From Calditrichia bacterium (lineage in GTDB: Bacteria; Calditrichota; Calditrichia; RBG-13-44-9; J075): 64,000 nucleotides of DNA. A program made the position numbers and the translations under genes. The stretch is from positions 1,774,857-1,838,856 of the forward strand of contig JACKAQ010000001.1 in the NCBI GenBank assembly GCA_020634975.1, given 5' to 3'. The notes beneath the pieces were generated by a model. It was given only the letters and a program-made list of their open reading frames with translations, made no database searches and was not told the DNA's origin. Within the stretch, counting starts at the first letter, position 1. The number at the start of each line of letters is the position of its first letter. This document shows, one piece after another, positions 10,115-20,686 of this stretch.

Positions 10115-10147
10115 GGACCGGAGCCAGTTGGCTCCGGTCTTTTTATT
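10115..10147. terminator. intrinsic-terminator-like hairpin (plus-strand oriented: stem then T-tract)
   Basis: 10 bp stem (gaccggagcc / ggctccggtc), loop agtt, followed by tttttatttatt. It overlaps the HAD gene stop codon. No plus-strand ORF lies upstream of it. Confidence 0.5.
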
Positions 10148-11102
10148 TATTGCCCGACCGGGCAGACAACCAATCCGGCAATTCGCCGATGGAATCCAGC
10201 CAGATGGCGGCTGCGTTTTTGTGTTTCTCCGTAGAATCGTCGCTCAATTTCCCGGTTTTTACGGCAATGCCCTGCAATCCGGCGGCAATGCTGCCTTCGA
10301 TATCCGATTCCCAGTCATCGCCGATCATCGCAACATTTTCTTTGGGTAAGTTGAGTAAATTTACCGCCTGTTCGTAAAACGCCGGGCTCGGCTTCCCGAC
10401 CAGCGCGGCGGTTTGTCCGGTGGCGTATTCCAGCGCGGCAACGATCGCACCGGTGTCGATCGACAAACCGTCGCTGCGCCGCCAGTAGCGATTTTTCTGC
10501 ATCGCCAGCATTTTGGCGCCGCCCATCACATGTCGAAACGCCTGGTTGATTTTGTTGTATGTTAAATCTTCGCCCAGATCGCCAATAACCAGATAGTCCG
10601 GTTTCGCGGTTGTGATTCTGAAATCCTTGAATTCCCGGTGGGTATCGCCGCTGGTAAGCAGGCAAACGGATGCTGCTTTTTGGGCATGCAGCCAGCACGA
10701 TGCCGCATACGGCGCCGAGTAGATCTGGTCCACTTCAATTTTAAACCCCATCCGTTTGAGATTGTTCACCAACGAATAGCGGCTTTTCCGGGTGGTGTTG
10801 GTCGCCAGTAAAAACGGGATATTTTCGCGACGCAGATATTCCAGCGCTTCGATTGCGCCACGAATGATCTGGTTTTCAATACACAACACACCGTCGATAT
10901 CGATTAAAAATCCCCGGATTGGGGTTGCCGGCTGTTCCGGCTGTGCATGATCCGGCTGAATCTTTTCCGCATCGATTGCGGCCGGTTGCACGCCAGGTTG
11001 CCGTTTGCGTTTGCGATTAGCCATTTTTCCTCCGACACTGAAGCAGGTTATTTTACCATCATTCGGGCAATTTCTCAAGTTTTTTTTCGAAGCCGCGCAC
11101 AT
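10143..11102 (-). CDS. HAD-IIA family hydrolase (NagD/UMPase-like phosphatase)
   Basis: HAD motif I (LIDIDGVL), followed by the HAD-IIA cap and motifs (GKPSP...IGDDWESDI). There is a K/R- and Q/P-rich N-terminal extension of about 60 aa. Start is at 11024 or 11102. Confidence 0.75.
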   Translation of the reverse strand: MCAASKKNLRNCPNDGKITCFSVGGKMANRKRKRQPGVQPAAIDAEKIQPDHAQPEQPATPIRGFLIDIDGVLCIENQIIRGAIEALEYLRRENIPFLLATNTTRKSRYSLVNNLKRMGFKIEVDQIYSAPYAASCWLHAQKAASVCLLTSGDTHREFKDFRITTAKPDYLVIGDLGEDLTYNKINQAFRHVMGGAKMLAMQKNRYWRRSDGLSIDTGAIVAALEYATGQTAALVGKPSPAFYEQAVNLLNLPKENVAMIGDDWESDIEGSIAAGLQGIAVKTGKLSDDSTEKHKNAAAIWLDSIGELPDWLSARSGNK

Positions 11103-11235
11103 ATAGCCCGCAAACCGGATTTTTCACCGCGATCGCCCTTTACTTTTTTGGCGATGTTTTGTACCTTGGCACGTTCTAACCCCAGCAAAATCAACGGGGA
11201 TTCCCATTTGACCGAACCTATCGCGAAAGGATTGT

Positions 11236-13227
11236 ATGCTATTACGCCACCACGTCCGCCGATTAGTAACGATTTGTATTGTTGCACTCTTCACCGCAGT
11301 TATCAGCACAACAGCAGCGGCGCAGGAAACGACTTTCGATGCAAAGTTACCCCGCATTGCACTGGCGGATATCGCATTTACAGTGGAAATCCAGCCGGCG
11401 CTGACCGCCTATTTCAACAGCGATTCGGCGGGAATTCCCTACCAAATCAGCCTTTCGGACGGCACAGTACTGGCCAGCGGAAACGCGCAGTTGTTGCCGG
11501 ATGCGCCGGGAAACATCAGCATCGCAGATGTCATAATTCCCGAGAGCGGTGCAAAAAAACTGCAGATTCGCTTTGGCGATTCCGTGCAGGAGAAATCGCT
11601 GCGGGTGCTGCCGCCGGTGCTGAGCATCTTGCCGCCTTTGCTGGCGATTGTGCTGGCACTGGTCACCCGACAGGTGATTGTCGCGCTGTTTTTCGGCGTG
11701 TGGCTGGGTGTGACGTTTGTGTACGATTTTTCCGTTTTCAGCGGATTTTTGCACACGCTGGATGAATATATCGTGAACGCAGTGGCGAATCCCGATCACG
11801 CGTTTATCATTATTTTTAGCCTGCTGCTTGGCGGGATGGTCGGTGTGATCAGCAAATCCGGCGGCACGCAGGGTATTGTCGAAAAACTGGCTGTTTACGC
11901 AAAAGATGCCCGTGGCGGGCAAATTGCGACATGGCTGATGGGCGTGCTGATCTTTTTCGACGATTACGCCAACAGCCTGATTGTCGGCAACACAATGCGC
12001 CCATTGGCGGACAAGTTGCGCATTTCGCGGGAAAAACTGTCGTATCTGGTCGATTCGACCGCAGCACCGGTGTCGAATATCGCCATTATCTCCACCTGGA
12101 TCGGTTACGAAGTGAGCCTGATGAGCCAGGCATTCAAAACCCACGGCATCGACCGGAACGCGTATATCACGTTTATCGAAACGATTCCGTATAATTTTTA
12201 TCCGCTGTTTTCCCTGTTTTTGGGATTGCTGGTAGCGATAATGATGCGCGATTTCGGCCCAATGTACACAGCCGAAAAACGCGCCCGAACCACCGGCGAA
12301 GTGCTCGGCGCTACCGCCAACCCACTGGCAGATTTGGGCGGTGCAGAGCTGATGGCGGATGAAAGCACCCCAAAACGCTGGTACAACGCGCTCATTCCGG
12401 TGGCAGCGGTAATCCTCACCGTGGGCATCGGGCTGTTTGCCACAGGCTGGAACAGCGGGCTGGAAGGGCTGGCCCAACAATTGGCAGAGGAAGGCAAAAC
12501 CCTCGCCGATGCCGGATGGATTCACAAAACCAGCGCGATTATCGGTGCGGCAAATTCGTTTTCCGTACTGATGTGGGCATCGTTTATCGGTGGATTGGTA
12601 GCAATTGTTCTGGCGATGAGTCAACGCCTGCTAACGTTGCAGCAATCGCTGGACGCATGGCTCGGCGGCATCAAATCGATGATGCTGGCATGTATCATCC
12701 TCACCTCTGCATGGGCGATTGGCAGTATTTGCGGCGACCTGTTCACTGCCGACTATGTGGTTAGTCTCACCAAACAATTCCTTTCGCCGGAGTGGCTGCC
12801 GCTGCTCATTTTTCTCAGCGCTGCGGTAATAGCGTTTGCCACCGGCACATCGTGGGGAACGATGGCGATTCTCATGCCGATCGCCATTCCGTTGGCACAC
12901 AAATTCCCGATGGAAGTACCCGGCATCGACGAAGCGCATGCCACGGCGCTGCTGCTTTGTGTGACCGGCGCGGTGCTGGCCGGCGCAACCTTTGGCGACC
13001 ACTGTTCGCCAATTTCCGATACCACCATTTTATCTTCGATGGCTTCCGGATCGGATCACATCGACCATGTGCGCACCCAATTGCCATACGCGCTCACCGC
13101 CGGCGCTGTGGCCTGCATTTTCGGCTACATTCCAGTTGGCTTCGGGATGAACCACTGGCTGACACTGCCGTTCGGCGCGATTGCGGTTTGGGCGCTGGTA
13201 CGATTTTACGGCAAATCGACAGCCTGA
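11236..13227 (+). CDS. nhaC: NhaC-family Na+/H+ antiporter with N-terminal periplasmic extension
   Basis: 663 aa. A signal peptide and a roughly 120 aa extracytoplasmic domain precede a typical NhaC core (FDDYANSLIVGNTMRPL...). Confidence 0.75.
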   Translation: MLLRHHVRRLVTICIVALFTAVISTTAAAQETTFDAKLPRIALADIAFTVEIQPALTAYFNSDSAGIPYQISLSDGTVLASGNAQLLPDAPGNISIADVIIPESGAKKLQIRFGDSVQEKSLRVLPPVLSILPPLLAIVLALVTRQVIVALFFGVWLGVTFVYDFSVFSGFLHTLDEYIVNAVANPDHAFIIIFSLLLGGMVGVISKSGGTQGIVEKLAVYAKDARGGQIATWLMGVLIFFDDYANSLIVGNTMRPLADKLRISREKLSYLVDSTAAPVSNIAIISTWIGYEVSLMSQAFKTHGIDRNAYITFIETIPYNFYPLFSLFLGLLVAIMMRDFGPMYTAEKRARTTGEVLGATANPLADLGGAELMADESTPKRWYNALIPVAAVILTVGIGLFATGWNSGLEGLAQQLAEEGKTLADAGWIHKTSAIIGAANSFSVLMWASFIGGLVAIVLAMSQRLLTLQQSLDAWLGGIKSMMLACIILTSAWAIGSICGDLFTADYVVSLTKQFLSPEWLPLLIFLSAAVIAFATGTSWGTMAILMPIAIPLAHKFPMEVPGIDEAHATALLLCVTGAVLAGATFGDHCSPISDTTILSSMASGSDHIDHVRTQLPYALTAGAVACIFGYIPVGFGMNHWLTLPFGAIAVWALVRFYGKSTA

Positions 13228-13235
13228 TTTTTGGG

Positions 13236-13679
13236 ATGAAAAATAGCAAATTAACATCCTTTTCGCTGGTCATACTCCAGTTTTTGTTTGTCGGTATAAT
13301 TGCATTCAGCGGGCCTGTTATTCCTTCCAAATTGATGTGGGCGCTGCTCTTTTGGAGCGGGATCGGTTTGGGTATCTGGGCAATTTTGACGATGAAAATC
13401 GGCAATTTCAATATTATTCCGGATGTGAAAAATAATGGAAAAATGGTCATCTCCGGTCCGTATCGCCACATTCGACACCCGATGTATTCCGCTCTGCTAC
13501 TGAGCACCTTGGCGGAAATTGGCAATGCTTTTTCACCACTACGTCTGACGATGTGGATGCTGCTTTTCATCATTTTATTATTCAAATTGCATTATGAAGA
13601 GCGACTCCTTTTTGCCCATTTCCCGGAATATCCGGCATATGCAGCGCGAACCAAACGGCTGTTTCCATTTTTGATTTGA
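13236..13679 (+). CDS. isoprenylcysteine carboxyl methyltransferase (ICMT)-family membrane methyltransferase
   Basis: Carries the ICMT block (GPYRHIRHPMY...EE..L...F..Y..Y) and 4 TM helices. The ORF caller's 12792 start is an artefactual upstream extension. Confidence 0.65.
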   Translation: MKNSKLTSFSLVILQFLFVGIIAFSGPVIPSKLMWALLFWSGIGLGIWAILTMKIGNFNIIPDVKNNGKMVISGPYRHIRHPMYSALLLSTLAEIGNAFSPLRLTMWMLLFIILLFKLHYEERLLFAHFPEYPAYAARTKRLFPFLI

Positions 13680-13713
13680 TATGAATTCACCGTATTAAAA
13701 AACACATAAACCA

Positions 13714-15207
13714 ATGAAAAAATTTATTTTAGCAATCGATCAGGGCACATCCAGTTCCCGGGCAATTGTGTTCGATACAGCCGGAAAAATCCGTGCGGTT
13801 GCCCAACGGGAATTCCGGCAGCACTTCCCCAATTCCGGATGGGTGGAACATGATGCGCTGGAAATTTGGGGAACGCAGTCCGCCGTTGCGGCAGAGGCCA
13901 TTCGCGCCGTTGATCCGTCGGGGAAAAATATTGCGGCAATCGGCATCACCAATCAGCGGGAAACCACGGTGCTCTGGCACCGCGATACCGGAAAACCGCT
14001 GCACAACGCGATTGTCTGGCAGGATCGCCGCACCGCGGCGTATTGCGATTCGCTGAAAAATCAGGGTTGGGCGGAGAAAATCCGGCAAAAATCCGGATTG
14101 GTGATCGACGCATATTTTTCCGGCACCAAACTGAAATGGCTACTGGACAATGTTCCCGGTGCCCGCAAACTGGCGGAAAATGGCGAGCTGGCATTCGGTA
14201 CCATCGACAGTTGGCTGGTTTGGCAACTCACCGGCGGCAAATTGCACATCACCGATGCGAGCAACGCCAGCCGCACGATGTTGTTCAACATTCATACCGG
14301 CAAATGGGACGCGGAATTGCTGGATCTGCTGAACATTCCCGCATCTGTACTGCCGGAAGTCCGTGCCTCCAGCGAGCACTACGGCAACACCGTGAAACAA
14401 ACCGCATTCCCGTTCGAATTGCCTATTTCCGGGATTGCCGGCGATCAGCAAGCGGCATTATTCGGTCAGATGTGCACACAACCCGGTATGCTCAAAAACA
14501 CCTACGGCACCGGCTGTTTCATGATGCTGAACACGGGCGATTCGCCGGTTACATCGCAAAACCGGCTGCTCAGCACGGTTGCATGGAAAATTGACGGGAA
14601 AATAACGTATGCGCTGGAAGGCAGCATCTTCACCGCGGGCGCGGTGGTGCAGTGGCTGCGGGACGGGCTGGGCATCATCAAAACATCTGCGGAAGTGGAG
14701 CAACTGGCGCAATCCGTGACGGACAACGGCGGCATCTATTTTGTCCCGGCGTTTACCGGTCTCGGCGCACCGCATTGGGATTCGTTCGCACGCGGCGCGA
14801 TGGTCGGATTGTCGCGCGGGAGCACTGCCGGGCACATTGCCCGCGCGGCGCTGGAAAGCATCGCATTTCAGACAATGGATGTGCTGAAAGCGATGGAAGC
14901 GGATGCCGGTTTCCGGGTGAAATCGCTGCGGGTGGATGGCGGCGCAACGGCTAATAATTTGCTGATGCAGTTTCAATCCGATGTGCTGAACATTCCGGTG
15001 GATCGCCCGATAGTGCTGGAAACCACCGCGCTCGGCGCGGCGTATCTGGCCGGACTCGGCGTAAATTTCTGGAAAAACACCGGAGAAATTGCGGCGCAGT
15101 GGCAACTGGAACGCCAGTTCCGGCCGACAGCGGATGCATCAACCATTGCCGATTTGACCGGTAACTGGCAACGCGCGCTGGAACGCGCCAAAAACTGGGA
15201 TGTTTAA
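13714..15207 (+). CDS. glpK: glycerol kinase
   Basis: Full-length FGGY kinase ([15 protein letters not shown]...) colinear with GlpK over 497 aa. Confidence 0.95.
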   Translation: MKKFILAIDQGTSSSRAIVFDTAGKIRAVAQREFRQHFPNSGWVEHDALEIWGTQSAVAAEAIRAVDPSGKNIAAIGITNQRETTVLWHRDTGKPLHNAIVWQDRRTAAYCDSLKNQGWAEKIRQKSGLVIDAYFSGTKLKWLLDNVPGARKLAENGELAFGTIDSWLVWQLTGGKLHITDASNASRTMLFNIHTGKWDAELLDLLNIPASVLPEVRASSEHYGNTVKQTAFPFELPISGIAGDQQAALFGQMCTQPGMLKNTYGTGCFMMLNTGDSPVTSQNRLLSTVAWKIDGKITYALEGSIFTAGAVVQWLRDGLGIIKTSAEVEQLAQSVTDNGGIYFVPAFTGLGAPHWDSFARGAMVGLSRGSTAGHIARAALESIAFQTMDVLKAMEADAGFRVKSLRVDGGATANNLLMQFQSDVLNIPVDRPIVLETTALGAAYLAGLGVNFWKNTGEIAAQWQLERQFRPTADASTIADLTGNWQRALERAKNWDV

Positions 15208-15262
15208 CGCTTTCGCAGAACGCACTTTTGCGCTCCCGACACAATTTTTCGGAAACGCGAAC

Positions 15263-17161
15263 CTACCGCTTCAACACAAACTGCATGTTATCCCGTTTCA
15301 CAACTTCGCTGATAAATTCGCGATAAGCGGCGTATTTTTCGAGCGGAATTTCCCGCGTTTCCAGCCGGAATTGCCGCAAATAGCGCAGCCGATTATCCGC
15401 CAATTCGTATTCGATCCGGTAAGTGCCGAATTCAGATTCGATGGTTTCCTGCGGCGGTGCGGCTTCCAGCGCGTAACCGGGCGGTAAGCTGATATAAACC
15501 GTATCTGCATCCTCAAATGCGTAGTTAAATGAAACCGAAAACTTGCGTTCATCCGGCGATTCTTCCGGTGGGTATTTTTGAAAACTGGTTGATCACATTC
15601 GGGCTCAAAAATAACCGGCTGGCGCTGCGCGTCGCAAAATTTTTCATTTCGCCGGAAAAATGCACAACGCAGGGCTGATCGACATTTTCAGCAAGATTTT
15701 CGACAGTAAATTCCGCCAGATCGAATCGTGAGGCACTGAGGCTGATCAACCGACTGCGCAGCCAATCCTGCTGTTTTTCGATTTCCACACCAATAAACCG
15801 CCCACGAACATAGCTTGACCGGTTACCGGTTGTGGCAAACCAACCGCTCATTTGCAGCGCACCATCTTCGCCAATGCGGCCTTCGGTGCGGCTGGTCATC
15901 AAATTATCTTCCGGACGACTGACTGGTGTTTGGATAATTTTGCCGCCCTCGGCTTCAACCACCAGCACTTTTGCGCCTTCAACGGAATATGGTAATTCTC
16001 CGGCGGGAATGTAATCTGCGGTGCATTCCAGCCAAACCGTATCTTCCGGTAACGGCACGACGGCAATGCAATGGTTAAACTGGTTGGATGGAAATTCTTC
16101 AATAAAATTGATGGCATCGCGGGTGGGCGTAAGTGCCAAATGTGCGGGAATATTCACCACATCCAGCATCGCGACCATTAGGGTGGATAAATCTTTGCAA
16201 TCGCCATATTTATTTTCGAAAACAGATTGCGCGCTGTATGGCTGCCAACCGCCGATACCCAGATCGATGCTCACATAACGCGAATTATTCTGCAAATAGG
16301 CGTATAATTTGCTGATTTTGGTTTTGGCATCGTCATCAGGATTCACCAGCGCAGCAACTTCCTGACGAATGAGTTCGGGCAAAATCAGCCGGTCGGCTGT
16401 CAATCCGCGATACCACTGCGCCAGACCATTCCAGTCGCGGAAATGCCCGAATGAGTTCTCCAGCGCAAATCTTTCCGGGGTAAAATACAGGATCATCCGG
16501 TTGCTGTTGTTTTTCGACATATAATCTTCGCTCTCAAAAGCGGGGAGCAACGCGGCATTCCAAATGTGCGAAACACTGCTGGAGCGAATCGTTTTTGGTG
16601 ATGTTTCCATATTTACGGCATGGGTGCGAAACGCAACTGTCGTATCGCGCAACACCAGTTTGTAGCTGCTGCTTAACACGGGCACATTTTTTTGTGGAAA
16701 CCAGTCCGGCCAAAAAACAGTGTGCTCATTTCTGCTTCGGTGCTGTATTCCACAACATATGGAAATTTTGGCCAAGTTGAATTAATCCATTGATAACGCG
16801 AATCGCTATACAACGAATATCCGGGCGAATAATCTTCTTTCAGGATGTCGCTATTTTTGTATTTTTTTAGCTCTTCACCATCGGTGCTCAAAATTCGCAC
16901 ATCTATTTTTTTCTTTTTGATAAATTTGTTTTCGCTAACACCAGGAATACCGTAACCTTTGCCTTCATCGTTATTGATTTGAACTTTGCGGGAATAGCGA
17001 ACATAAGCTTTTCCCTGGCCGAGAACTTCGAATTCTGTCTCATCGGAAAGGATGATTGCATCGTGCGAACCAGACAAAATATCGACGGTTTGGGCTGTGC
17101 CGAAACCGCCCCACAACGCAACAGATAAAAATATCACACCGTAAATTGATCGCATTTCCAT
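15263..17161 (-). CDS. DUF3857/DUF3858 transglutaminase-like protein, interrupted by two frameshifts
   Basis: Signal peptide, a DUF3857 N-terminal region, a transglutaminase core with catalytic Cys (YGDCKDLSTLMVAML) and a DUF3858-like C-terminus (GTYRIEYELADNRLRYLRQ) that resumes in another frame. The frame breaks are near 16690 (T7 run) and near 15550. Confidence 0.65.
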
Positions 17162-17226
17162 AGTTCACCCAAAATAAATTCACCCGGCCACCGCTTCCGG
17201 CAAGCCGGGTAAGAGCTGTTTTTCAA

Positions 17227-19062
17227 TTATTCGCCTTCGCTGGTTGCGCCCTGACGAATGACAATTTGAGCTTGGTCGGCACCAATTATGCGATCGTAAA
17301 AATCGCGCAATGTGGCATAATCTCCGGAACCGTAGGTTAGCTGGCGGCGGATGTATTGGCGTTTCAGGGATATTTTGTTGCCGTCGGCTGTCCAGTCATT
17401 TACAAATGTAATATCAAAATTGGGTTTTTTGCTGGTGACGTTTTGCGGTAGTTCATCCAATACGTAACCTTCCGGTAATTCTATATTTATATCATCTGAT
17501 TCTGCAACATTATAAACAAACTCAACCGGGAAAAACCGTTTTTCGCGTTTAAACGGGTTCTCTTCCATTTTGTTGATTGCCGGCGTTGCGATATAAATCA
17601 TATTCCCAACCACCTGGGCAAATTCCGGTGAGCGGAAATGCGCAGAGATGTAAACCGGTTGTTCCAAATTTTCCAGCGCATCCACTGTAAAGGAATCTAA
17701 TTCAACTGTTTTGAAGCTGTTTTGCAACAGTGTTTTGACATATTCTTCATCGCCGTCTGCGGTAATTTCCTGACGTGCATCGATTGCGTGATAGCCCTCC
17801 ATCCGGATCGTTACAGAAGCGTGCAGCGTGCCGCTTTCGTCCAGTTTTGCATCGGCTTTGCAGTAGCGCATATTTGTTTTTTTGGGCTCTGGCAAATTAA
17901 TAAACTGCCCTTCAGCATCGTCAATCAACAAACCGATATCAACCAGCGTGCGCTCCGGCAAAATGTCGTAGGGATAATGTTTCAGACGCGAATCCAGCAG
18001 CACCAAACGCCGGCCGATCATCGCAGCGGTCAAAATATAGTTAAATTGGGAAAGCCGGGGCTGATTGCGAACAACCATCCCGTTGCTGCGGGTGCTGATC
18101 AGCATCGGATAAGCCTCAAGCCCTGCCAATCGCAACAGATTGATCAACAACAGGTTTTTTTCGCTACCGGTGCCTTTGAGATTTTTTAATATTTTTTCGC
18201 TTTTTTCATCATAATATGCGCCGCCCTGCGAAGTTGATTCGATATTATTCTGAACGTATGTATAAAGCGATTTTATTTTGTCCAGCGGCGTCATTTCCGG
18301 TGTTGTCTGGGCGGCGACCAGCGCTTTCAAATCGCCATCGTTGCTGTAAAATTTATCGAGATACTCGCGTTCTTCTTTGACCAACTCCGCCCAATCGCTG
18401 ATAAATTTGCGATACACATACGGGCTTTTGTAATCGATAATCTGGAAATGGATGGCAGCCTGGTAATCTTCTGTTGTGCGCATAAACGGCTCTTTGCGAA
18501 TCGGCGGCAGATCGCGCATTTCCCATGTGTATTTGGTTAATGCGATGCGCTGTCCGGGCACCAAAATTTCATCTTTATGGGGTTGAATTTCCGACATGTT
18601 CCGGTAAAACGCATTATAGCGAAAATAGGGCAACACCGTTACCGAATAACGGCTCAACCGGGTGTAAATTGAATTTTGGAAATACCATTGTTCTAAATTA
18701 TGAATATATTCGGAAACCATCCGGAACCGGTATTCAATTACCGAACCCACTTCCACACCCGGCATCGCAAACTTGATACGGTTTACTTTTTCGCCTTTTT
18801 CTTCAAAAATATCCTTTTTATCCAGCTTGATTTGCTTGCCGTTTGGAAGGGTTGTAATACCTTTGATGTCTTTTATGTCATCCTCGTAATAGTATGGAAT
18901 AACAATATCCGCCTGCCCCTTGCCTTCTTCGGTTAAAATCTTGATGCGGAAATGATACTCCCCTTCCACAAAATACATATTGCCGTCACTTTCTAATTTG
19001 AGATCGCCATCTGCAAATAGCACAACTGCCTCCGCTTCGGGATCATCCGCATAACTGGTCAT
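17227..19062 (-). CDS. DUF3857/DUF3858 transglutaminase-like paralog (Cys-to-Ser, no signal peptide)
   Basis: 611 aa and colinear with the neighbouring paralog. At the position of the catalytic Cys it has Ser instead (GTGSEKNLLLINLLRLAG). It starts directly at MTSYADD with no signal peptide. Confidence 0.65.
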   Translation of the reverse strand: MTSYADDPEAEAVVLFADGDLKLESDGNMYFVEGEYHFRIKILTEEGKGQADIVIPYYYEDDIKDIKGITTLPNGKQIKLDKKDIFEEKGEKVNRIKFAMPGVEVGSVIEYRFRMVSEYIHNLEQWYFQNSIYTRLSRYSVTVLPYFRYNAFYRNMSEIQPHKDEILVPGQRIALTKYTWEMRDLPPIRKEPFMRTTEDYQAAIHFQIIDYKSPYVYRKFISDWAELVKEEREYLDKFYSNDGDLKALVAAQTTPEMTPLDKIKSLYTYVQNNIESTSQGGAYYDEKSEKILKNLKGTGSEKNLLLINLLRLAGLEAYPMLISTRSNGMVVRNQPRLSQFNYILTAAMIGRRLVLLDSRLKHYPYDILPERTLVDIGLLIDDAEGQFINLPEPKKTNMRYCKADAKLDESGTLHASVTIRMEGYHAIDARQEITADGDEEYVKTLLQNSFKTVELDSFTVDALENLEQPVYISAHFRSPEFAQVVGNMIYIATPAINKMEENPFKREKRFFPVEFVYNVAESDDINIELPEGYVLDELPQNVTSKKPNFDITFVNDWTADGNKISLKRQYIRRQLTYGSGDYATLRDFYDRIIGADQAQIVIRQGATSEGE

Positions 19063-19075
19063 TGCCAGCTCTTCT

Positions 19076-20686
19076 TTGGGCTGGATTTGGATGCAATTGA
19101 GTCATCGAAAAAACAGGAGATCGGAAATGAATCGCACGGAAATGATCGAATCGCTGCGGCAAATGCCGGGGTTTTGGGATATCGTCATCATCGGTGGCGG
19201 CGCAACGGGATTGGGCGTAGCAGTGGAATCCGCATCGCGCGGCTACCGGACGCTGCTGCTGGAGCAGCACGATTTTGCCAAAGGCACCTCCAGCCGCAGC
19301 ACAAAGCTGATTCACGGCGGCGTGCGCTATTTGCGGCAGGGCAACATTTCGCTGGTGCTGGAAGCGCTGCACGAACGCGGATTGCTGGCGGAAAACGCCC
19401 CGCATCTGGTGCGGCACCAATCGTTTATCGTGCCAAATTACGAATGGTGGGAAGGACCGTTTTACGGCATCGGGCTGAAAATGTATGACATGCTCGCCGG
19501 AAAACTTGGGCTGCGTCCCTCCAAAATCCTCTCCCGCAGCGAAACGCTTAAACGCATTCCCACACTGGAGCCGGAAGGCTTACGCGGCGGCGTCATTTAT
19601 TACGACGGACAATTTGACGACGCGCGGCTGGCGGTCAATCTGGCGCAAACGGTTGTCGATCTGGGCGGAACGCCGCTCAATTACATGCAAGTTACCGGGC
19701 TGCAAAAATCCAACAACATGACCAGCGGCGTGACCGCGATGGACATGGAAACCGGCGAAAATTTCGAAATTGCCGCGCGGGTGGTGGTGAACGCAACCGG
19801 CGTTTTTACCGATGCGATCCGCAACATGGACGAGCCGGATGCCACCCCGATCATCCAGCCGAGTCAGGGCGTGCATCTGGTGCTGGACGCCGAATTTTTG
19901 CCGGGAAATGCCGCGGTTATGGTGCCGGAAACCGACGACGGTCGCGTGCTGTTCGCGGTGCCGTGGCACGGAAAAGTGGTCGTGGGAACGACGGATACAC
20001 CGATTGAATCGCCATCGCTGGAGCCGCGCGCGCTGGATAGCGAAATCGAATTTATCCTGAAACACGCCGCGCGATACCTCACCAAAGATCCCACCCGCGA
20101 CGACGTGCTCAGCGTGTTCGCCGGATTGCGTCCGCTGGTGAAAATGGAGGACGAGAAAAACACGGCGGCGCTGTCGCGCGATCACACCATTCTGGTGTCG
20201 TCATCCGGGCTGTTGACCATCACCGGCGGGAAGTGGACAACTTATCGCAAAATGGGCGAAGATACCGTTGCGCAAGCCGCGATGATTGCCGGACTGCCGC
20301 ATCGCCCCACCCGAACCGCGAATTTGCGCATCCACGGCTGGCTCAAAAATGTGGACGACAGCGATCCGCTGCACTTTTACGGCTCGGACGCGCTGTCCAT
20401 TCAACGAATGATCAAAGAAAGCCCCGAACTCGGCAAACCGCTGCACCCGAATTTACCCTATTGTCCGGCGGAAGTGCGCTGGTCCGTACAAAAAGAAATG
20501 GCACGAACCGTGGAAGATGTGCTCGCCCGCAGAACCCGCGCGCTGCTGCTCGATGCCCGCGCTGCCATCGAAATGGCACCAACTGTCGCCAAAATTATGG
20601 CGGACGAATTGAAAAAAAATGCGCAGTGGGAGCAGCAACAAACCCATGATTTTATTGAACTTGCGAAAGGCTACCTGCCATCGTGA
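19076..20686 (+). CDS. glpD: FAD-dependent glycerol-3-phosphate dehydrogenase
   Basis: FAD-binding GxGxxG motif (VIIGGGATG) and GlpD-type colinearity over about 520 aa. The probable start is MNRTEM near 19127. Confidence 0.9.
   Translation: MGWIWMQLSHRKNRRSEMNRTEMIESLRQMPGFWDIVIIGGGATGLGVAVESASRGYRTLLLEQHDFAKGTSSRSTKLIHGGVRYLRQGNISLVLEALHERGLLAENAPHLVRHQSFIVPNYEWWEGPFYGIGLKMYDMLAGKLGLRPSKILSRSETLKRIPTLEPEGLRGGVIYYDGQFDDARLAVNLAQTVVDLGGTPLNYMQVTGLQKSNNMTSGVTAMDMETGENFEIAARVVVNATGVFTDAIRNMDEPDATPIIQPSQGVHLVLDAEFLPGNAAVMVPETDDGRVLFAVPWHGKVVVGTTDTPIESPSLEPRALDSEIEFILKHAARYLTKDPTRDDVLSVFAGLRPLVKMEDEKNTAALSRDHTILVSSSGLLTITGGKWTTYRKMGEDTVAQAAMIAGLPHRPTRTANLRIHGWLKNVDDSDPLHFYGSDALSIQRMIKESPELGKPLHPNLPYCPAEVRWSVQKEMARTVEDVLARRTRALLLDARAAIEMAPTVAKIMADELKKNAQWEQQQTHDFIELAKGYLPS

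Noticed and set aside
11347-12624. 425 aa minus-strand ORF inside nhaC
   Set aside because: It is antisense to a full-length NhaC transporter with clear family signatures. Its composition is not protein-like (many Arg, Cys and His).
12792-13679. 295 aa ORF starting inside nhaC
   Set aside because: Only the last 147 codons, from the ATG at 13236, match the ICMT-family methyltransferase. The upstream part overlaps the nhaC coding frame.
15298-15552. 84 aa minus-strand ORF between glpK and the transglutaminase-like gene
   Set aside because: It is the wrong frame. The adjacent frame encodes the DUF3858-like C-terminus of the frameshifted transglutaminase-like gene, so this ORF is a frame artefact.
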